A DNA stretch of 64,000 bases from Lachnospiraceae bacterium. Lineage in GTDB: Bacteria; Bacillota; Clostridia; Lachnospirales; Lachnospiraceae. The DNA lies in contig JAKSPO010000009.1 of NCBI GenBank assembly GCA_024404675.1, positions 16,196 to 80,195 on the forward strand, written 5' to 3'. Shown here piece by piece: positions 27,409 to 37,480 of the stretch (positions are counted from its first letter, which is position 1; each line of letters opens with the position of its first letter). A model generated the notes under the pieces. It was not told the origin of the DNA and ran no database searches. It saw only the letters and a list, made by a program, of their open reading frames with translations. Both the position numbers and the translations under genes were made by a program.

Positions 27409-29856
27409 ATGGATAAATGGGCAAGAGCAAAATACTGTCCGAATCTTCCCGTCGGATTGGACGGACAGTACGTAACAAGCAGTAAGGAACACAAGGAGCT
27501 TTCTAAGTATGCGGCAAAGTGCGGCATGGTGCTTCTTGAGAATGTGAACAACACACTTCCGCTTAAGGAGGGCACGAGGGTGGCCCTTGTCGGCAAAGGA
27601 ACCTTTGACTATGTTAGAGGCGGCGGTGGAAGCGGTGACGTATACTGCGAGTATTCAAAGAATATTTATGACGGTTTGAAGGAGCTTGGTAAGACCTCGA
27701 TCTTCGAGCCCCTTTGCGATTATTATCGCGATGCGGTTAATGCGCAGTATGAAAAGCATATCGCACCGGGAATGACCGAGGAGCCCGGTGTGCCGGAGGA
27801 GCTTCTTTCGGAGGCTGCGGCTTATGCCGACACCGCAATCGTAACCATCAGCCGTTTCAGCGGCGAGGGCTGGGACCGTTCCGAAGTATCCTTCTATGAG
27901 GACGAGGTCAATCCCTGGATTATCGGTCAGGATGACGGCGAGAGCTTTGAGAACCTTGTAACACCGATGAATGAGCTTTCGGCGAGAATTTTCCCGAAGA
28001 GAGACTTCTACCTGACGGATGCGGAGGAGCAGATGCTTGCTAAGACCCGCGAGGCATTCAAGAAGGTAATCGTTCTTCTGAATGTCGGCGGTATGATGGA
28101 TTTAAGCTTCCTTCGCAGGATGAAGGTTGATGCGGCAATGTTTCTGTGGGCACCCGGTATGGAGGGCGGCACGGCTGCGGCTGAGCTGCTGCTTGGTTTA
28201 GACAATCCTTCCGGTAAGCTTCCGGATACCTTCGCCGACTCCCTCGATGCATATCCGTCGACCGCACGCTTCCACGAGAGCGGACGCTATGCACCTTATG
28301 ATGAGGACATTTATGTAGGCTATCGTTATTTTGAGACGGTGCCCGGCGCAAAGGAGCATGTGGTATATCCCTTCGGCTACGGTCTCAGCTACACAAGCTT
28401 TGAGATTACCTGTGACGAGATGAAGGTGAACGAGAAGGAGGTTTCCGTTCTGTTCGCTGTATGCAATACCGGTAATGTTCCCGGACGTGAGGTCGTACAG
28501 CTTTATGTTGAAGCACCGCAGGGCAAGCTGGGAAAGGCAAAGCGCAGCCTGATCGGCTTTGCGAAGACAGAGCTTCTTATGCCCCGTGAGCGTAAGCATA
28601 TCGAGCTGATTGTTCCGACCTCGTCCTTTGCGAGCTATGATGATCTGGGAAAGGTTTCGAAGAATTCCTATGTACTTGAGGCAGGCAAATACAGCTTCTA
28701 CCTCGGCAATTCCGTAGAAGACGCAGAAAGACTTCCGGTTACTTTGACGATTGCTACGGATACAATCGTGGAGAAGCTTTCGAGTAAGCTTGCACCGACC
28801 TCTCTTTCGGAAAGACTTCTTGCGGACGGCAGTATGGAGAAGCTTCCTACCTCCGAACCGCTTGATCCCGATGAGGATGCAATCGGTCGAGTTGCCAAGG
28901 GTGCCGATGCGGGCTACACTCCTTATATCCGTTCAAGAGAGCAGCATCTGATCAACAGACCTTATCGTGACGGCGTAACGCTTCCTACGGAGATGGGCGG
29001 CAAGGCAACGCTTGATGAGTTTATTTCCGATCTGACAGACGATGAGCTGATTCACCTGCTCGGCGGACAGCCGAATACCGGTATGGCCAACACCTTCGGT
29101 ATGGGTAATCTTCCCGAGGTTGGGCTTCCGTCCTTTATGACCGCGGACGGTCCTGCAGGACTTCGTCTTGGAGAGTACTGCGGTGTTCATGCGACCTGCT
29201 GGCCGTGCGCATCGTTACTTGCATCCAGTTGGGATGAGGAGCTGATGCACCATGTCGGTACGGCAGCCGGTGCTGAGGTGAAGGAGTGCAATATCTTCAT
29301 GTGGCTTGCTCCTGCAGTCAATATTCACCGGAATCCGATGTGCGGACGTAACTTTGAGTATCTTTCCGAGGATCCGCTTCTTGCCGGCAAGCTGGCAGCA
29401 GCCGAGGTACGCGGTATTCAGAGCAACAAGGTAGCTGCAACGATTAAGCATTTTGCCTGCAACAATAAGGAGACCAACAGAATCTACTGTGACGCGCTTG
29501 TTTCCGAGCGTGCGCTTCGTGAGATTTACCTGAAGGTTTTTGAAATCATTGTTAAGGAAGCAGATCCCTGGTGCGTGATGAGCTCCTATAATCTGATTAA
29601 CGGCCGTCGCTGCTCCGAGTCTAAGGAGCTTCTTACCGACATCCTTCGTGATGAGTGGGGCTTTAACGGAATGGTTATGACCGACTGGTGGAACCGTGGT
29701 GAGCACTATAAGGAGGTTCTTGCCGGCAACGATGTGAAGATGCCTACCGGCTTCCCGGATCGTCTTAGAAGAGCCATGGAGGTTGGCGTCCTCAAGCGTG
29801 AGGACCTGGAGCGAAGCGTCAGAAGACTCCTCACACTTCTCTTCAAGTTTGAGTAG
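27409..29856 (+). CDS. GH3 beta-glycosidase with permuted domain order
   Basis: 815 aa. The alpha/beta-sandwich ('LLENVNNTLPLKEGTRVALVGKG') and Fn3-like ('VVQLYVEAPQGKLGKAKRSLIGFAKT') modules come first. The (beta/alpha)8 catalytic module with 'KHFACNN' and nucleophile motif 'GMVMTDWW' is C-terminal. Confidence 0.85.
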   Translation: MDKWARAKYCPNLPVGLDGQYVTSSKEHKELSKYAAKCGMVLLENVNNTLPLKEGTRVALVGKGTFDYVRGGGGSGDVYCEYSKNIYDGLKELGKTSIFEPLCDYYRDAVNAQYEKHIAPGMTEEPGVPEELLSEAAAYADTAIVTISRFSGEGWDRSEVSFYEDEVNPWIIGQDDGESFENLVTPMNELSARIFPKRDFYLTDAEEQMLAKTREAFKKVIVLLNVGGMMDLSFLRRMKVDAAMFLWAPGMEGGTAAAELLLGLDNPSGKLPDTFADSLDAYPSTARFHESGRYAPYDEDIYVGYRYFETVPGAKEHVVYPFGYGLSYTSFEITCDEMKVNEKEVSVLFAVCNTGNVPGREVVQLYVEAPQGKLGKAKRSLIGFAKTELLMPRERKHIELIVPTSSFASYDDLGKVSKNSYVLEAGKYSFYLGNSVEDAERLPVTLTIATDTIVEKLSSKLAPTSLSERLLADGSMEKLPTSEPLDPDEDAIGRVAKGADAGYTPYIRSREQHLINRPYRDGVTLPTEMGGKATLDEFISDLTDDELIHLLGGQPNTGMANTFGMGNLPEVGLPSFMTADGPAGLRLGEYCGVHATCWPCASLLASSWDEELMHHVGTAAGAEVKECNIFMWLAPAVNIHRNPMCGRNFEYLSEDPLLAGKLAAAEVRGIQSNKVAATIKHFACNNKETNRIYCDALVSERALREIYLKVFEIIVKEADPWCVMSSYNLINGRRCSESKELLTDILRDEWGFNGMVMTDWWNRGEHYKEVLAGNDVKMPTGFPDRLRRAMEVGVLKREDLERSVRRLLTLLFKFE

Positions 29857-30141
29857 AATGTCCCTTAGAAATTATTGATTTTTTGTGCCGCCGAACCGGT
29901 TTCGTTCGGTGTCAATCGGGCCCTGAAGAATGCATTGCATGATTCGGGGCCTTTTTTATGTGAGGTGGCAGGATTTCTTACGCAAAAACACTGATTTTGC
30001 TTGCTTTTTCGAAGAAAATGTGTTGAATGTTTCCTTTTATTCGTGTATTATTTATAGTAAGGTTTTTGTGTGGTGAGAGAGGAATTCTTCGGGGGAATGT
30101 GCATTTTTCGTGCGCGAAAATATGACGTCGGAGGGATTTTT

Positions 30142-32031
30142 ATGGCAGGAGGAATGTATGGCGGACTCGGTCCGCGCGGACATCTCACAGACGAAGAGAA
30201 GGCGAACAAGCCGCATGTCACAAAGGGCTTGCTGCTTCGCATTCTTGGCTATTTGAAGCCTTACTGGATTCAGTTTGTCTTCGTATTCATCACCATCCTT
30301 ATTTCTGCGGTGGTCGGACTGCTTCCGTCCATCATCACCGGACGAATTGTCGATGAGGCACTTGTTCATCCGAATATGAAGCTTCTGTTGGAGCTTTGTC
30401 TTGCAGCATTTGCCGCAGTCGGTGTGAGCCAGATCATCGGCGTACTGGAGAGCTATATCAATGCCTGGATCAGCCAGCGCATTATCTTTGATATGAAGAA
30501 CCAGATGTATTCGCATCTTCAGCGAATGCCGCATGCGTTCTTCACCTCTGAAAAGCAGGGCGATATCATCACCCGAATGAATACCGATATCAACGGTGTC
30601 AGCTCCGTTATCAGCGGAACGCTTACAAGCATTGTAAGTAATGTAGCGACGCTTGTTACCACGCTTGTCGCACTTTTCATGATGAGCTGGAAGCTTGCAC
30701 TGATCGGTATGATTGTTATTCCGCTTCTGATTATTCCTTCCCGTGTGGTGGGAAATACCCGTTTCAAGCTTGTCACCAAGAGCCACGAGAAGCAGGACGA
30801 GATGAACCAGATCATCAACGAGACACTGAGTGTCAGCGGTTCCATGCTCGTTAAACTTTTCACAAGAGAGCAGAAGGAGTATGACAGCTTTGTTAAGAAG
30901 AACGAGGAGGTCACGAAGCTTTCTCTTCGGGAAGCCCAGAGCGGACGCTGGTTCCGTGTAGTCATGGGTATGTTCACACAGATCGGACCCTTGCTCATCT
31001 ATCTTGCCGGCGGATATTTCCTGATTCGTGGCAACGATCCCGGCTTGAGCGTCGGTACGATTACCGCAACGGTAGCCCTGATCAACCGTTTGTATAGGCC
31101 GGTGGAATCGCTTTTGAATCTCGGCGTGGATTTCACCCGTTCCCTTGCTTTGTTTACGAGAATATTCGATTATCTTGACAGACCGATTACAATCTCTTCG
31201 CCGGAGAACGGCAAGAAGCCAGAGCTTGCGAAGAAGGACATCACATATCAGAATGTGGAATTCTATTACAGCGAGGATAAGCCGCTTCTGACCGATGTGA
31301 ACTTTACGGTTCCCGGCGGCTCGATGTATGCAATCGTCGGCCCGTCCGGTTCGGGTAAGTCGACCGTAGTCAATATGCTGCCGCGTCTTTACGATGCAAT
31401 CAGCGGTACGGTTTCGGTCGGTGGTGTGGATGTCCGTGAGATGGATCTGACATGGCTTCGTTCGCAGATCGGTGTTGTTACGCAGGATACATACCTGTTC
31501 AACGGAACCGTTCTTGAGAACCTTCGTTATGCGAAGGAGGATGCGACCATGGAGGAAATCGAGGACGCCTGCAAGAAGGCAAGCATTCACGATTTCATCA
31601 TGTCTCAGCCGAAGGGCTACGATACCGAGGTCGGTAACCGCGGTTTGAAGCTTTCGGGCGGTGAGAAGCAGCGTCTTTCCATTGCACGTGTCATTCTGAA
31701 GGATCCGAAGATTCTGATTCTTGACGAAGCAACCTCGGCACTCGATTCTATTTCGGAGAATGCGATTCAGGGTGCACTCGAGACGATGATGGTCGGGCGC
31801 ACCAGTCTTGTTATTGCGCACCGCCTGTCAACCATTCTGAAGGCGGATCGTATTCTGGTAGTTTCCGGCGGTGTCATCGCGGAGCAGGGTACGCACGAGG
31901 AGCTGCTTTCGATGAACGGCGTATATCGTGAACTCTATGAGACGCAGTTCCGTACGGTTATTACCTACGAAACGAACGGTCACGAGGAAGAGAAAGAGGA
32001 TAAGAGCAAGCAAAAGGAAGTAATGGGATAA
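30142..32031 (+). CDS. ABC exporter, fused permease/ATPase (MsbA/lipid A-type family)
   Basis: GGAGGG RBS before the ATG at 30142. Six N-terminal helices, Walker A 'GPSGSGKST', signature 'LSGGEKQR', Walker B 'ILILDEATS'. Confidence 0.85.
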   Translation: MAGGMYGGLGPRGHLTDEEKANKPHVTKGLLLRILGYLKPYWIQFVFVFITILISAVVGLLPSIITGRIVDEALVHPNMKLLLELCLAAFAAVGVSQIIGVLESYINAWISQRIIFDMKNQMYSHLQRMPHAFFTSEKQGDIITRMNTDINGVSSVISGTLTSIVSNVATLVTTLVALFMMSWKLALIGMIVIPLLIIPSRVVGNTRFKLVTKSHEKQDEMNQIINETLSVSGSMLVKLFTREQKEYDSFVKKNEEVTKLSLREAQSGRWFRVVMGMFTQIGPLLIYLAGGYFLIRGNDPGLSVGTITATVALINRLYRPVESLLNLGVDFTRSLALFTRIFDYLDRPITISSPENGKKPELAKKDITYQNVEFYYSEDKPLLTDVNFTVPGGSMYAIVGPSGSGKSTVVNMLPRLYDAISGTVSVGGVDVREMDLTWLRSQIGVVTQDTYLFNGTVLENLRYAKEDATMEEIEDACKKASIHDFIMSQPKGYDTEVGNRGLKLSGGEKQRLSIARVILKDPKILILDEATSALDSISENAIQGALETMMVGRTSLVIAHRLSTILKADRILVVSGGVIAEQGTHEELLSMNGVYRELYETQFRTVITYETNGHEEEKEDKSKQKEVMG

Positions 32032-32072
32032 GGCTTGCATTGGGGATAAGCAGCGAAGGAGGTATTGGTTAT

Positions 32073-33089
32073 ATGAAGTGTGCAATATACGGAGCAGGTT
32101 CTCTCGGAACCGTGCTTGGAGCATATATGAGTCGTGCGGGTGTACCCGTTGAGCTTGTCAATCGGAATAAGGCACATATTGCCATCCTGAAGGAAAAGGG
32201 TGCAACCATTCGCGGCACTGTGGATTTTAACACTCCGGTGTGCGCATTGACGCCGGAGGAGATGCAGGGATCTTATGATGTCATCTTCCTGATGACGAAG
32301 CAGCTACAGAACCGCGAGGTTGTTACATTTTTGAAGCCGCTTCTTTCCGAAACGGGCGTTGTGGTTACCTTCCAGAACGGTATTCCGGAGCCCGGCATTG
32401 CCGAGATTATCGGCAGTGACCGTACCATCGGCTGTGTCGTTGAGTGGGGTGCTACGCTCTCAGAGCCCGGTGTTTGTGTGATGACGAGTGATCCGTCCGC
32501 CCTGTCCTTCCATATGGGACGTATGGAGGGTATTACTGATGCGCAGTTCGAGCTTGTTAAGGGCCTTCTGACGAAGATGTGTCCCGTAGACGTAGAGGAG
32601 AATCTGATTGGCGCTCGCTGGTCGAAACTTTTAATCAACGCCACATTTTCCGGCCTCGGTACGGTAATCGGCGGTCTGTTCGGTGATGTGTCCGGTTCGT
32701 CTTCGGGCCGTGAGCTTGCTATCCGTACGATGAAGGAGTGTATCGATGTCGGACATGCAGCCGGCGCAAGCTTTGTTCCGGTTCAGGGCAAGGACATCAC
32801 GAAGCTTTTTTACTATAAGTCCGCAGCGAAGAAGGCCTTCGGCAAATTCCTGCTTCCGATTGCTATGAAGAAGCATCGTCTGATTGAGCCTTCGATGTAT
32901 CAGGATATCAAGAAGGGCAAGCCCTGTGAGATTGATGCCATCAACGGCGTGGTATGCGAATGGGGCAGAAAATGCGGTGTCCCGACACCCTTCAACGATC
33001 GCATCGTAGAAATTGTTAAGAAGATCCAAAATGGCGAGCTTAGCTGTTCGAAGGACAACTTCGGGCTTTTCGCCGACTTGATAAAATAG
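32073..33089 (+). CDS. panE: 2-dehydropantoate 2-reductase (ketopantoate reductase family)
   Basis: 'MKCAIYGAGSLGTVLGAYM' Rossmann start, 'RWSKLLINA' and 'QDIKKGKPCEIDAINGVV' motifs typical of ApbA/PanE. Confidence 0.75.
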   Translation: MKCAIYGAGSLGTVLGAYMSRAGVPVELVNRNKAHIAILKEKGATIRGTVDFNTPVCALTPEEMQGSYDVIFLMTKQLQNREVVTFLKPLLSETGVVVTFQNGIPEPGIAEIIGSDRTIGCVVEWGATLSEPGVCVMTSDPSALSFHMGRMEGITDAQFELVKGLLTKMCPVDVEENLIGARWSKLLINATFSGLGTVIGGLFGDVSGSSSGRELAIRTMKECIDVGHAAGASFVPVQGKDITKLFYYKSAAKKAFGKFLLPIAMKKHRLIEPSMYQDIKKGKPCEIDAINGVVCEWGRKCGVPTPFNDRIVEIVKKIQNGELSCSKDNFGLFADLIK

Positions 33090-33111
33090 TGGTACCCGGA
33101 GGAATGCATTT

Positions 33112-33699
33112 ATGGCATTGAAGAAACTGATTCTGATCAGTGGATCACCGTGTGTGGGCAAATCAACGGTGGGGAAGAGAATTTTTGAGCATTATGAGAA
33201 CAGTGCCTTCTGTGACGGTGACTGGTGCTGGTGCGTCAATCCGCTTTCGATAGAGGATACCCGTGTTCGTAACGGGGACAGAAATATGGCATATCTTGTG
33301 TCAAATTATCTGAAATCGGATTTTGAATATGTTGTCTTTGCCTCGGTGGTACTGACCGACCCGACGGCGCGCGAGAATATACTTAATAACATCGATGCAG
33401 AGGATTATGAGGTGTTAAGCTTTCAGCTGACATGTACGGAGGATTATCTGAAGCCGCGTCACGATGAGCGCGGACTTAGTGACGAAGTATCCTTCTGCTG
33501 GCTGCAGCTGCCGCCTTATCCCGGTGAGACGGTCATCGATACGGATGCGAAGACCCCCGACCAGGTGTGCGATGAGATCTGCCGTTTGATCGATTCGAAG
33601 AAGGTTAAGGCGTTGAAAACGGTGAAGAAGACTGCGAGCAGTAAGAAAGCTACTGCGAAGAAGACTACCGCTAAGAAGAGTGCTTCGAAGGCGGAGTAG
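33112..33699 (+). CDS. P-loop NTPase/kinase-like protein with Lys/Ala/Thr-rich C-terminal tail
   Basis: 195 aa. Walker A 'GSPCVGKST'. The last ~35 aa are 'KKVKALKTVKKTASSKKATAKKTTAKKSASKAE'. Confidence 0.55.
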   Translation: MALKKLILISGSPCVGKSTVGKRIFEHYENSAFCDGDWCWCVNPLSIEDTRVRNGDRNMAYLVSNYLKSDFEYVVFASVVLTDPTARENILNNIDAEDYEVLSFQLTCTEDYLKPRHDERGLSDEVSFCWLQLPPYPGETVIDTDAKTPDQVCDEICRLIDSKKVKALKTVKKTASSKKATAKKTTAKKSASKAE

Positions 33700-33717
33700 G
33701 GGTGCATTTTCCGTGTA

Positions 33718-33746
33718 TTGCCAGAATCGGGAATGTGTGTTATAAT
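33718..33746 (+). promoter_or_regulatory. sigma-A-type promoter of the B12-regulated operon
   Basis: TTGCCA (33718-33723), 17-nt spacer, TATAAT (33741-33746), with extended TGT. Confidence 0.65.
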
Positions 33747-33771
33747 CCGAAATAATTGAATATTGATATGG

Positions 33772-33950
33772 AAGATACGGTTTGAAAGTTGTAATAATGA
33801 GTAGATTAATAGGGAATCCGGTTTGAGTCCGGAACAACCGCCATTACTGTATTTGATGAAGAGGGCACGGAATACCATTGGTGCAAGCCGAGAAGGTGTG
33901 CCTTCGCGCAGGAACTGCTATACCATAAGTCAGGAGACCTGCCGTATCTT
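33772..33950 (+). promoter_or_regulatory. cobalamin (B12) riboswitch aptamer
   Basis: P1 is AGATACGG (33773-33780) paired with CCGTATCT (33942-33949). Conserved core 'AATAGGGAATCCGGTTTGAGTCCGGAACAACCGCCATTACTGTA' and B12 box 'AAGTCAGGAGACCTGCC' (33927-33943). Confidence 0.85.
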
Positions 33951-34065
33951 TTTAGGTTTTTCACGCTTGGGCAATGGGAGAGTGCAGCCGGTATATCGTT
34001 ACAGGGCCTTGACACTTTTCCGAGGGAACGTGTTGTGTGCCTGTTTTTGCTTGCGATTTATCAGT

Positions 34066-34098
34066 TGCTCCTCAGTTTTGAGGAGCATTTTTATTTTT
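34066..34098 (+). terminator. riboswitch expression-platform terminator
   Basis: TGCTCCTCA (34066-34074), GTTT loop, TGAGGAGCA (34079-34087), followed by TTTTTATTTTT. Confidence 0.8.
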
Positions 34099-34196
34099 AG
34101 ATATTTGGTCGCTTGCCGTTCAGCCGGCTGGTGACCGGGGCGAACCTGCCCGGAGCTTAGAATCTGTGTTGTGTGCTTTCAAAGAGGAGGAAATGT

Positions 34197-35072
34197 ATGG
34201 CTTACGAACGAAGGCATCCGTCGGTACTTCTTGTCTATTACCTGTCGGTGACCTTGTTTCTGATGTTTACTTCCCATCCCTTACTCCGACTGATTGCTTT
34301 ATGTGGTGCAGTACTTCTGATGCTTTCGACCGGGGAGCGGGCGCCTAAGCTAAGAACGGTACTTTTTCTTAGCGGAATGGTCGTTCTGACGATTATCATA
34401 AATCCGCTTTTTTCGCACCGCGGAGCGACGGAACTGTTCTTTTTCAATAACCGGCCAATTACCCTCGAGGCGATTATGTACGGCGCAGGCGTCGCCTGTC
34501 TGATGCTTTCGGTTATCCTTTGGTTTCACCTTCTTAGCCGGATGCTTGACAGTGAGAAGCTTCTGACGCTTCTTGGCGGGGTGATGCCGAAGACGGCTTT
34601 TCTCGTCTCCTCGGCGTTACGAATGATTCCCTTTCTTCGAAGGCGTGCGGAAGCGATTCAATCGACGGGACGGTCGATGGGACTCTACGGAACCGAAAGT
34701 ATTCCGGAGAAGCTTTCGGGTAGCGGCAAAGCATTCTCGGCGCTTGTGACCAATTCAATGGAGCACGCGATGGATGCGGGTGCTTCGATGAAGGCAAGAG
34801 GCTACGGATCGCATAAAAGAACACATTATAAAAGATATCGTTTTCGGCGGGGTGACCTTGCTGCAATTGTCCTTATTCTTTGTTTGGATGCGGGAATCTC
34901 GGTAGGGCTTGCAAGCGGGGAGGTTTGGTTCACCTACTACCCAAGACTTGCGATGCATACCGGTCCTATGACTAATCTGGTGCTTATTCTCTATGCGCTG
35001 CTTGTGTTACTTGGTCCCGTAGCAGAGTGGAAAGAAAGACTGAAATGGAAATATTACGTGTCGAAAATCTGA
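34197..35072 (+). CDS. ECF transporter T component (CbiQ/EcfT family)
   Basis: GGAGG lies 6 nt before the ATG at 34197. About 290 aa, polytopic, with an 'ALRMIPFLRRRAEAIQSTGRSMG' CbiQ-type coupling-helix region. Confidence 0.75.
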   Translation: MAYERRHPSVLLVYYLSVTLFLMFTSHPLLRLIALCGAVLLMLSTGERAPKLRTVLFLSGMVVLTIIINPLFSHRGATELFFFNNRPITLEAIMYGAGVACLMLSVILWFHLLSRMLDSEKLLTLLGGVMPKTAFLVSSALRMIPFLRRRAEAIQSTGRSMGLYGTESIPEKLSGSGKAFSALVTNSMEHAMDAGASMKARGYGSHKRTHYKRYRFRRGDLAAIVLILCLDAGISVGLASGEVWFTYYPRLAMHTGPMTNLVLILYALLVLLGPVAEWKERLKWKYYVSKI

Positions 35073-36721
35073 CCTTTTCTTATCCGGAAGCGGCTAAGCC
35101 TGCGCTTTCGCAGGTGAGCTTTTCGCTGAAGGAAGGGGAATTCGCAGTTTTGTGCGGGTTGTCGGGCTGTGGCAAGTCAACGCTTTTAAGACTTCTAAAA
35201 AAAGAGCTTGCCCCCTACGGCAGTTGTACGGGAGAGATTACAATCGGTGTTCTGTCCGGGAAGGATAAGGATGCTTCTATGGCTACGGAGACGGCGCTTC
35301 TTCGGCAGAATCCGGACAGCCAGATCGTTACGGATGTTGTGTGGCATGAGCTGGCATTTGCCCTTGAAAATATGGGAACGCCGCAGGAGATTATTCGAAA
35401 GCGTGTGGCGGAGATTGCCACATTCTTCGGAATGGAAGGCTGGTATCATCGTAAGGTGGATGAGCTTTCCGGCGGACAGAAGCAGCTGTTGAATCTGGCT
35501 TCTGTGATGACGCTTGCACCGCAGGTGCTTCTTTTGGACGAGCCGACTGCGCAGCTCGATCCGATTGCAACGGGGGAGTTTATTCATATACTGGAACGGC
35601 TTCATCGGGAGCTTGGCATCACGATTCTGATTGCGGAGCATCACCTCGAGGAGGTGCTGCCGCTTGCGGATCGGGTGCTGATACTCGAGGAGGGAAGACT
35701 TTCCTATGACGGTAGTCCCGCAGCGCTTTCTGACTTCTTTCAAGATAAGGTGGAGCATCCGTTGCTTCCTTCCTTGCCTGCTGCCTCGAGAGTGTTTCGC
35801 GCCCTTTTGGGAGAAGGTGCGCTTCCGATTTCGGTTGCCGACGGGCGAAGCTTTGTAAGAGCGCATTACGGACAAGGCATTCCTAGACTTGAGAGAACTT
35901 CGCATATACCGAAGAACGAGCCGGCAACGGTTTTAAAGGAGATCTGGTTTCGTTACGAAAGAAATGCGCCGGATGTACTTCGTTCGGCAGAGCTTACCAT
36001 ATATCAGGGAGAGCGGCTGTGCCTTCTTGGCGGAAACGGAAGCGGTAAGACAACCCTACTTTCTCTCTTAGCAGGCATCCGTAAGCCCTATGCCGGAAGT
36101 ATCACGCTGTTCGGGCGAAAGCTTTCCGGGTACCGGCCGGAAGAACGGTATCGAAACAACATCGGGTATTTGCCGCAGAATCCGCGTGAGGCCTTCGTCG
36201 GAGAGACAGTGCTTGAGGATTGGAAGCTTGCGTGCCGCGCCATGGAGTATTCCACGGAGGAAGGCGATGCGCAGATTGCAGCGATGGCTGAGAAGCTGTC
36301 GCTTACGGAGCTTCTTCGGCGTCATCCGTCCGACCTGAGCGGCGGAGAGCTACAGCGGGCAGCGCTTGGAAAGGTACTTCTTCTTAAGCCGAGACTTCTT
36401 CTTTTAGATGAGCCGACTAAGGGCATTGACGCCAGGTTTAAGATGGAGCTTACAAAGCTTCTGAAAGCACTTTCGGAAGATGGCATAACAGTTGTTACGG
36501 TAACACATGATGTGGAATTTGCCGCAGAAACCGCGGAGCGTGTCGGACTGGTCTTCGACGGAGAGGTTACCTCCGTACAGGAGACGACGGACTTCTTTAC
36601 GGGCAATACCGTTTATACAACAGAAGCGGCGCGCATCGCGAGAAATTATTACGAAGAAGTGACACGGACGGAGGAGCTGATTGCTTTGTGCCGGTTGAAT
36701 GGACGGGGTGAGCAGGCATGA
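35045..36721 (+). CDS. ECF/ABC transporter ATPase, duplicated (A1-A2 fusion)
   Basis: Two ABC cassettes: Walker A 'GLSGCGKST' with 'LSGGQKQ', and 'GGNGSGKTT' with 'LSGGELQ'. Start is ambiguous (GTG 35027 or ATG 35045) and overlaps the T-component stop. Confidence 0.85.
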   Translation: MEILRVENLTFSYPEAAKPALSQVSFSLKEGEFAVLCGLSGCGKSTLLRLLKKELAPYGSCTGEITIGVLSGKDKDASMATETALLRQNPDSQIVTDVVWHELAFALENMGTPQEIIRKRVAEIATFFGMEGWYHRKVDELSGGQKQLLNLASVMTLAPQVLLLDEPTAQLDPIATGEFIHILERLHRELGITILIAEHHLEEVLPLADRVLILEEGRLSYDGSPAALSDFFQDKVEHPLLPSLPAASRVFRALLGEGALPISVADGRSFVRAHYGQGIPRLERTSHIPKNEPATVLKEIWFRYERNAPDVLRSAELTIYQGERLCLLGGNGSGKTTLLSLLAGIRKPYAGSITLFGRKLSGYRPEERYRNNIGYLPQNPREAFVGETVLEDWKLACRAMEYSTEEGDAQIAAMAEKLSLTELLRRHPSDLSGGELQRAALGKVLLLKPRLLLLDEPTKGIDARFKMELTKLLKALSEDGITVVTVTHDVEFAAETAERVGLVFDGEVTSVQETTDFFTGNTVYTTEAARIARNYYEEVTRTEELIALCRLNGRGEQA

Positions 36722-37407
36722 GAAAGGGAATCACAATCTTTCTCGAGCTGATTCTGATTCCGCTTATCATAATAGGCGGAGCGCTTCTGTTTCGTGAGAA
36801 ATACTATGTCTGGATCGCATTTTGTGTGGCGGTTATTTCGGTCGTTCCGCTTCTTTATAGCTTTGAGAGGCGGGACAGCACGGCGAAGGAGCTGATGGTG
36901 CTAGCGGTATTGATTGCACTGTCGGTTGTCGGTCGCTTCGTGTTCTTTGCACTGCCGGGCTTTAAACCGGTGGCTGCGCTTGTAATCATTGTCGGCGTAT
37001 GGCTCGGCGGTGAGGCAGGCTTTGTCGTTGGTTCGCTGACGGCACTGGTATCCAATTTCTATTTTGGACAGGGTCCGTGGACACCCTTTCAGATGTTTTC
37101 GTGGGGTGTGATCGGACTTGCGGCGGGAATGCTAAGCGGTATGCTTAAAAAGCATCGCCTGCTGCTTTATGGCTTCGGTATCTTGGCGGGCGTCGCCTTC
37201 TCGCTTATGATGGACATCTGGACGGTCCTGTGGGCGGACGGGCAGCTGCTTCCGTCAAAATATAAGGCGGCTCTGCTTGCAGCGCTGCCGGTTACGGTGG
37301 AATACGCCGTATCAAATGTTCTCTTCCTGATGCTCCTTGCGGAGCCTATCGGAAGAAAACTTGACAGACTCAAAAAAAGAGACGGATTATTTCTGTCTCA
37401 AAAATAG
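36718..37407 (+). CDS. ECF transporter S component (predicted cobalamin-specific from riboswitch context)
   Basis: 229 aa with 6 helices, 'NFYFGQGPWTPFQM' motif, ATGA overlap with the ATPase gene. Substrate inferred only from the upstream B12 riboswitch. Confidence 0.7.
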   Translation: MRKGITIFLELILIPLIIIGGALLFREKYYVWIAFCVAVISVVPLLYSFERRDSTAKELMVLAVLIALSVVGRFVFFALPGFKPVAALVIIVGVWLGGEAGFVVGSLTALVSNFYFGQGPWTPFQMFSWGVIGLAAGMLSGMLKKHRLLLYGFGILAGVAFSLMMDIWTVLWADGQLLPSKYKAALLAALPVTVEYAVSNVLFLMLLAEPIGRKLDRLKKRDGLFLSQK

Positions 37408-37480
37408 CGGAGCACATGCGGGCAACCGTAAATCTACTGTGCTTCGTCGGGTAGAAAATACCCGAAGCAATGGAGGTAAC

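Noticed and set aside
30052-31821. 589-aa minus-strand ORF, together with similar long antisense ORFs at 3408-4439, 8767-10152, 24608-25795, 40285-41205, 41209-42030, 47662-48696, 51984-52901 and 60620-61498.
   Set aside because: Each lies exactly opposite a CDS with strong family motifs (ABC exporter, MetY, GH10, and others). They have Arg/Cys/Leu/His-rich, low-complexity composition, no RBS and no recognisable motifs. These are shadow ORFs typical of moderately GC-rich coding DNA.
33823-34134. 103-aa plus-strand ORF between the P-loop gene and the ECF T component.
   Set aside because: It lies entirely within the cobalamin riboswitch aptamer and expression platform, with no RBS and low-complexity Cys/Arg/Phe content.
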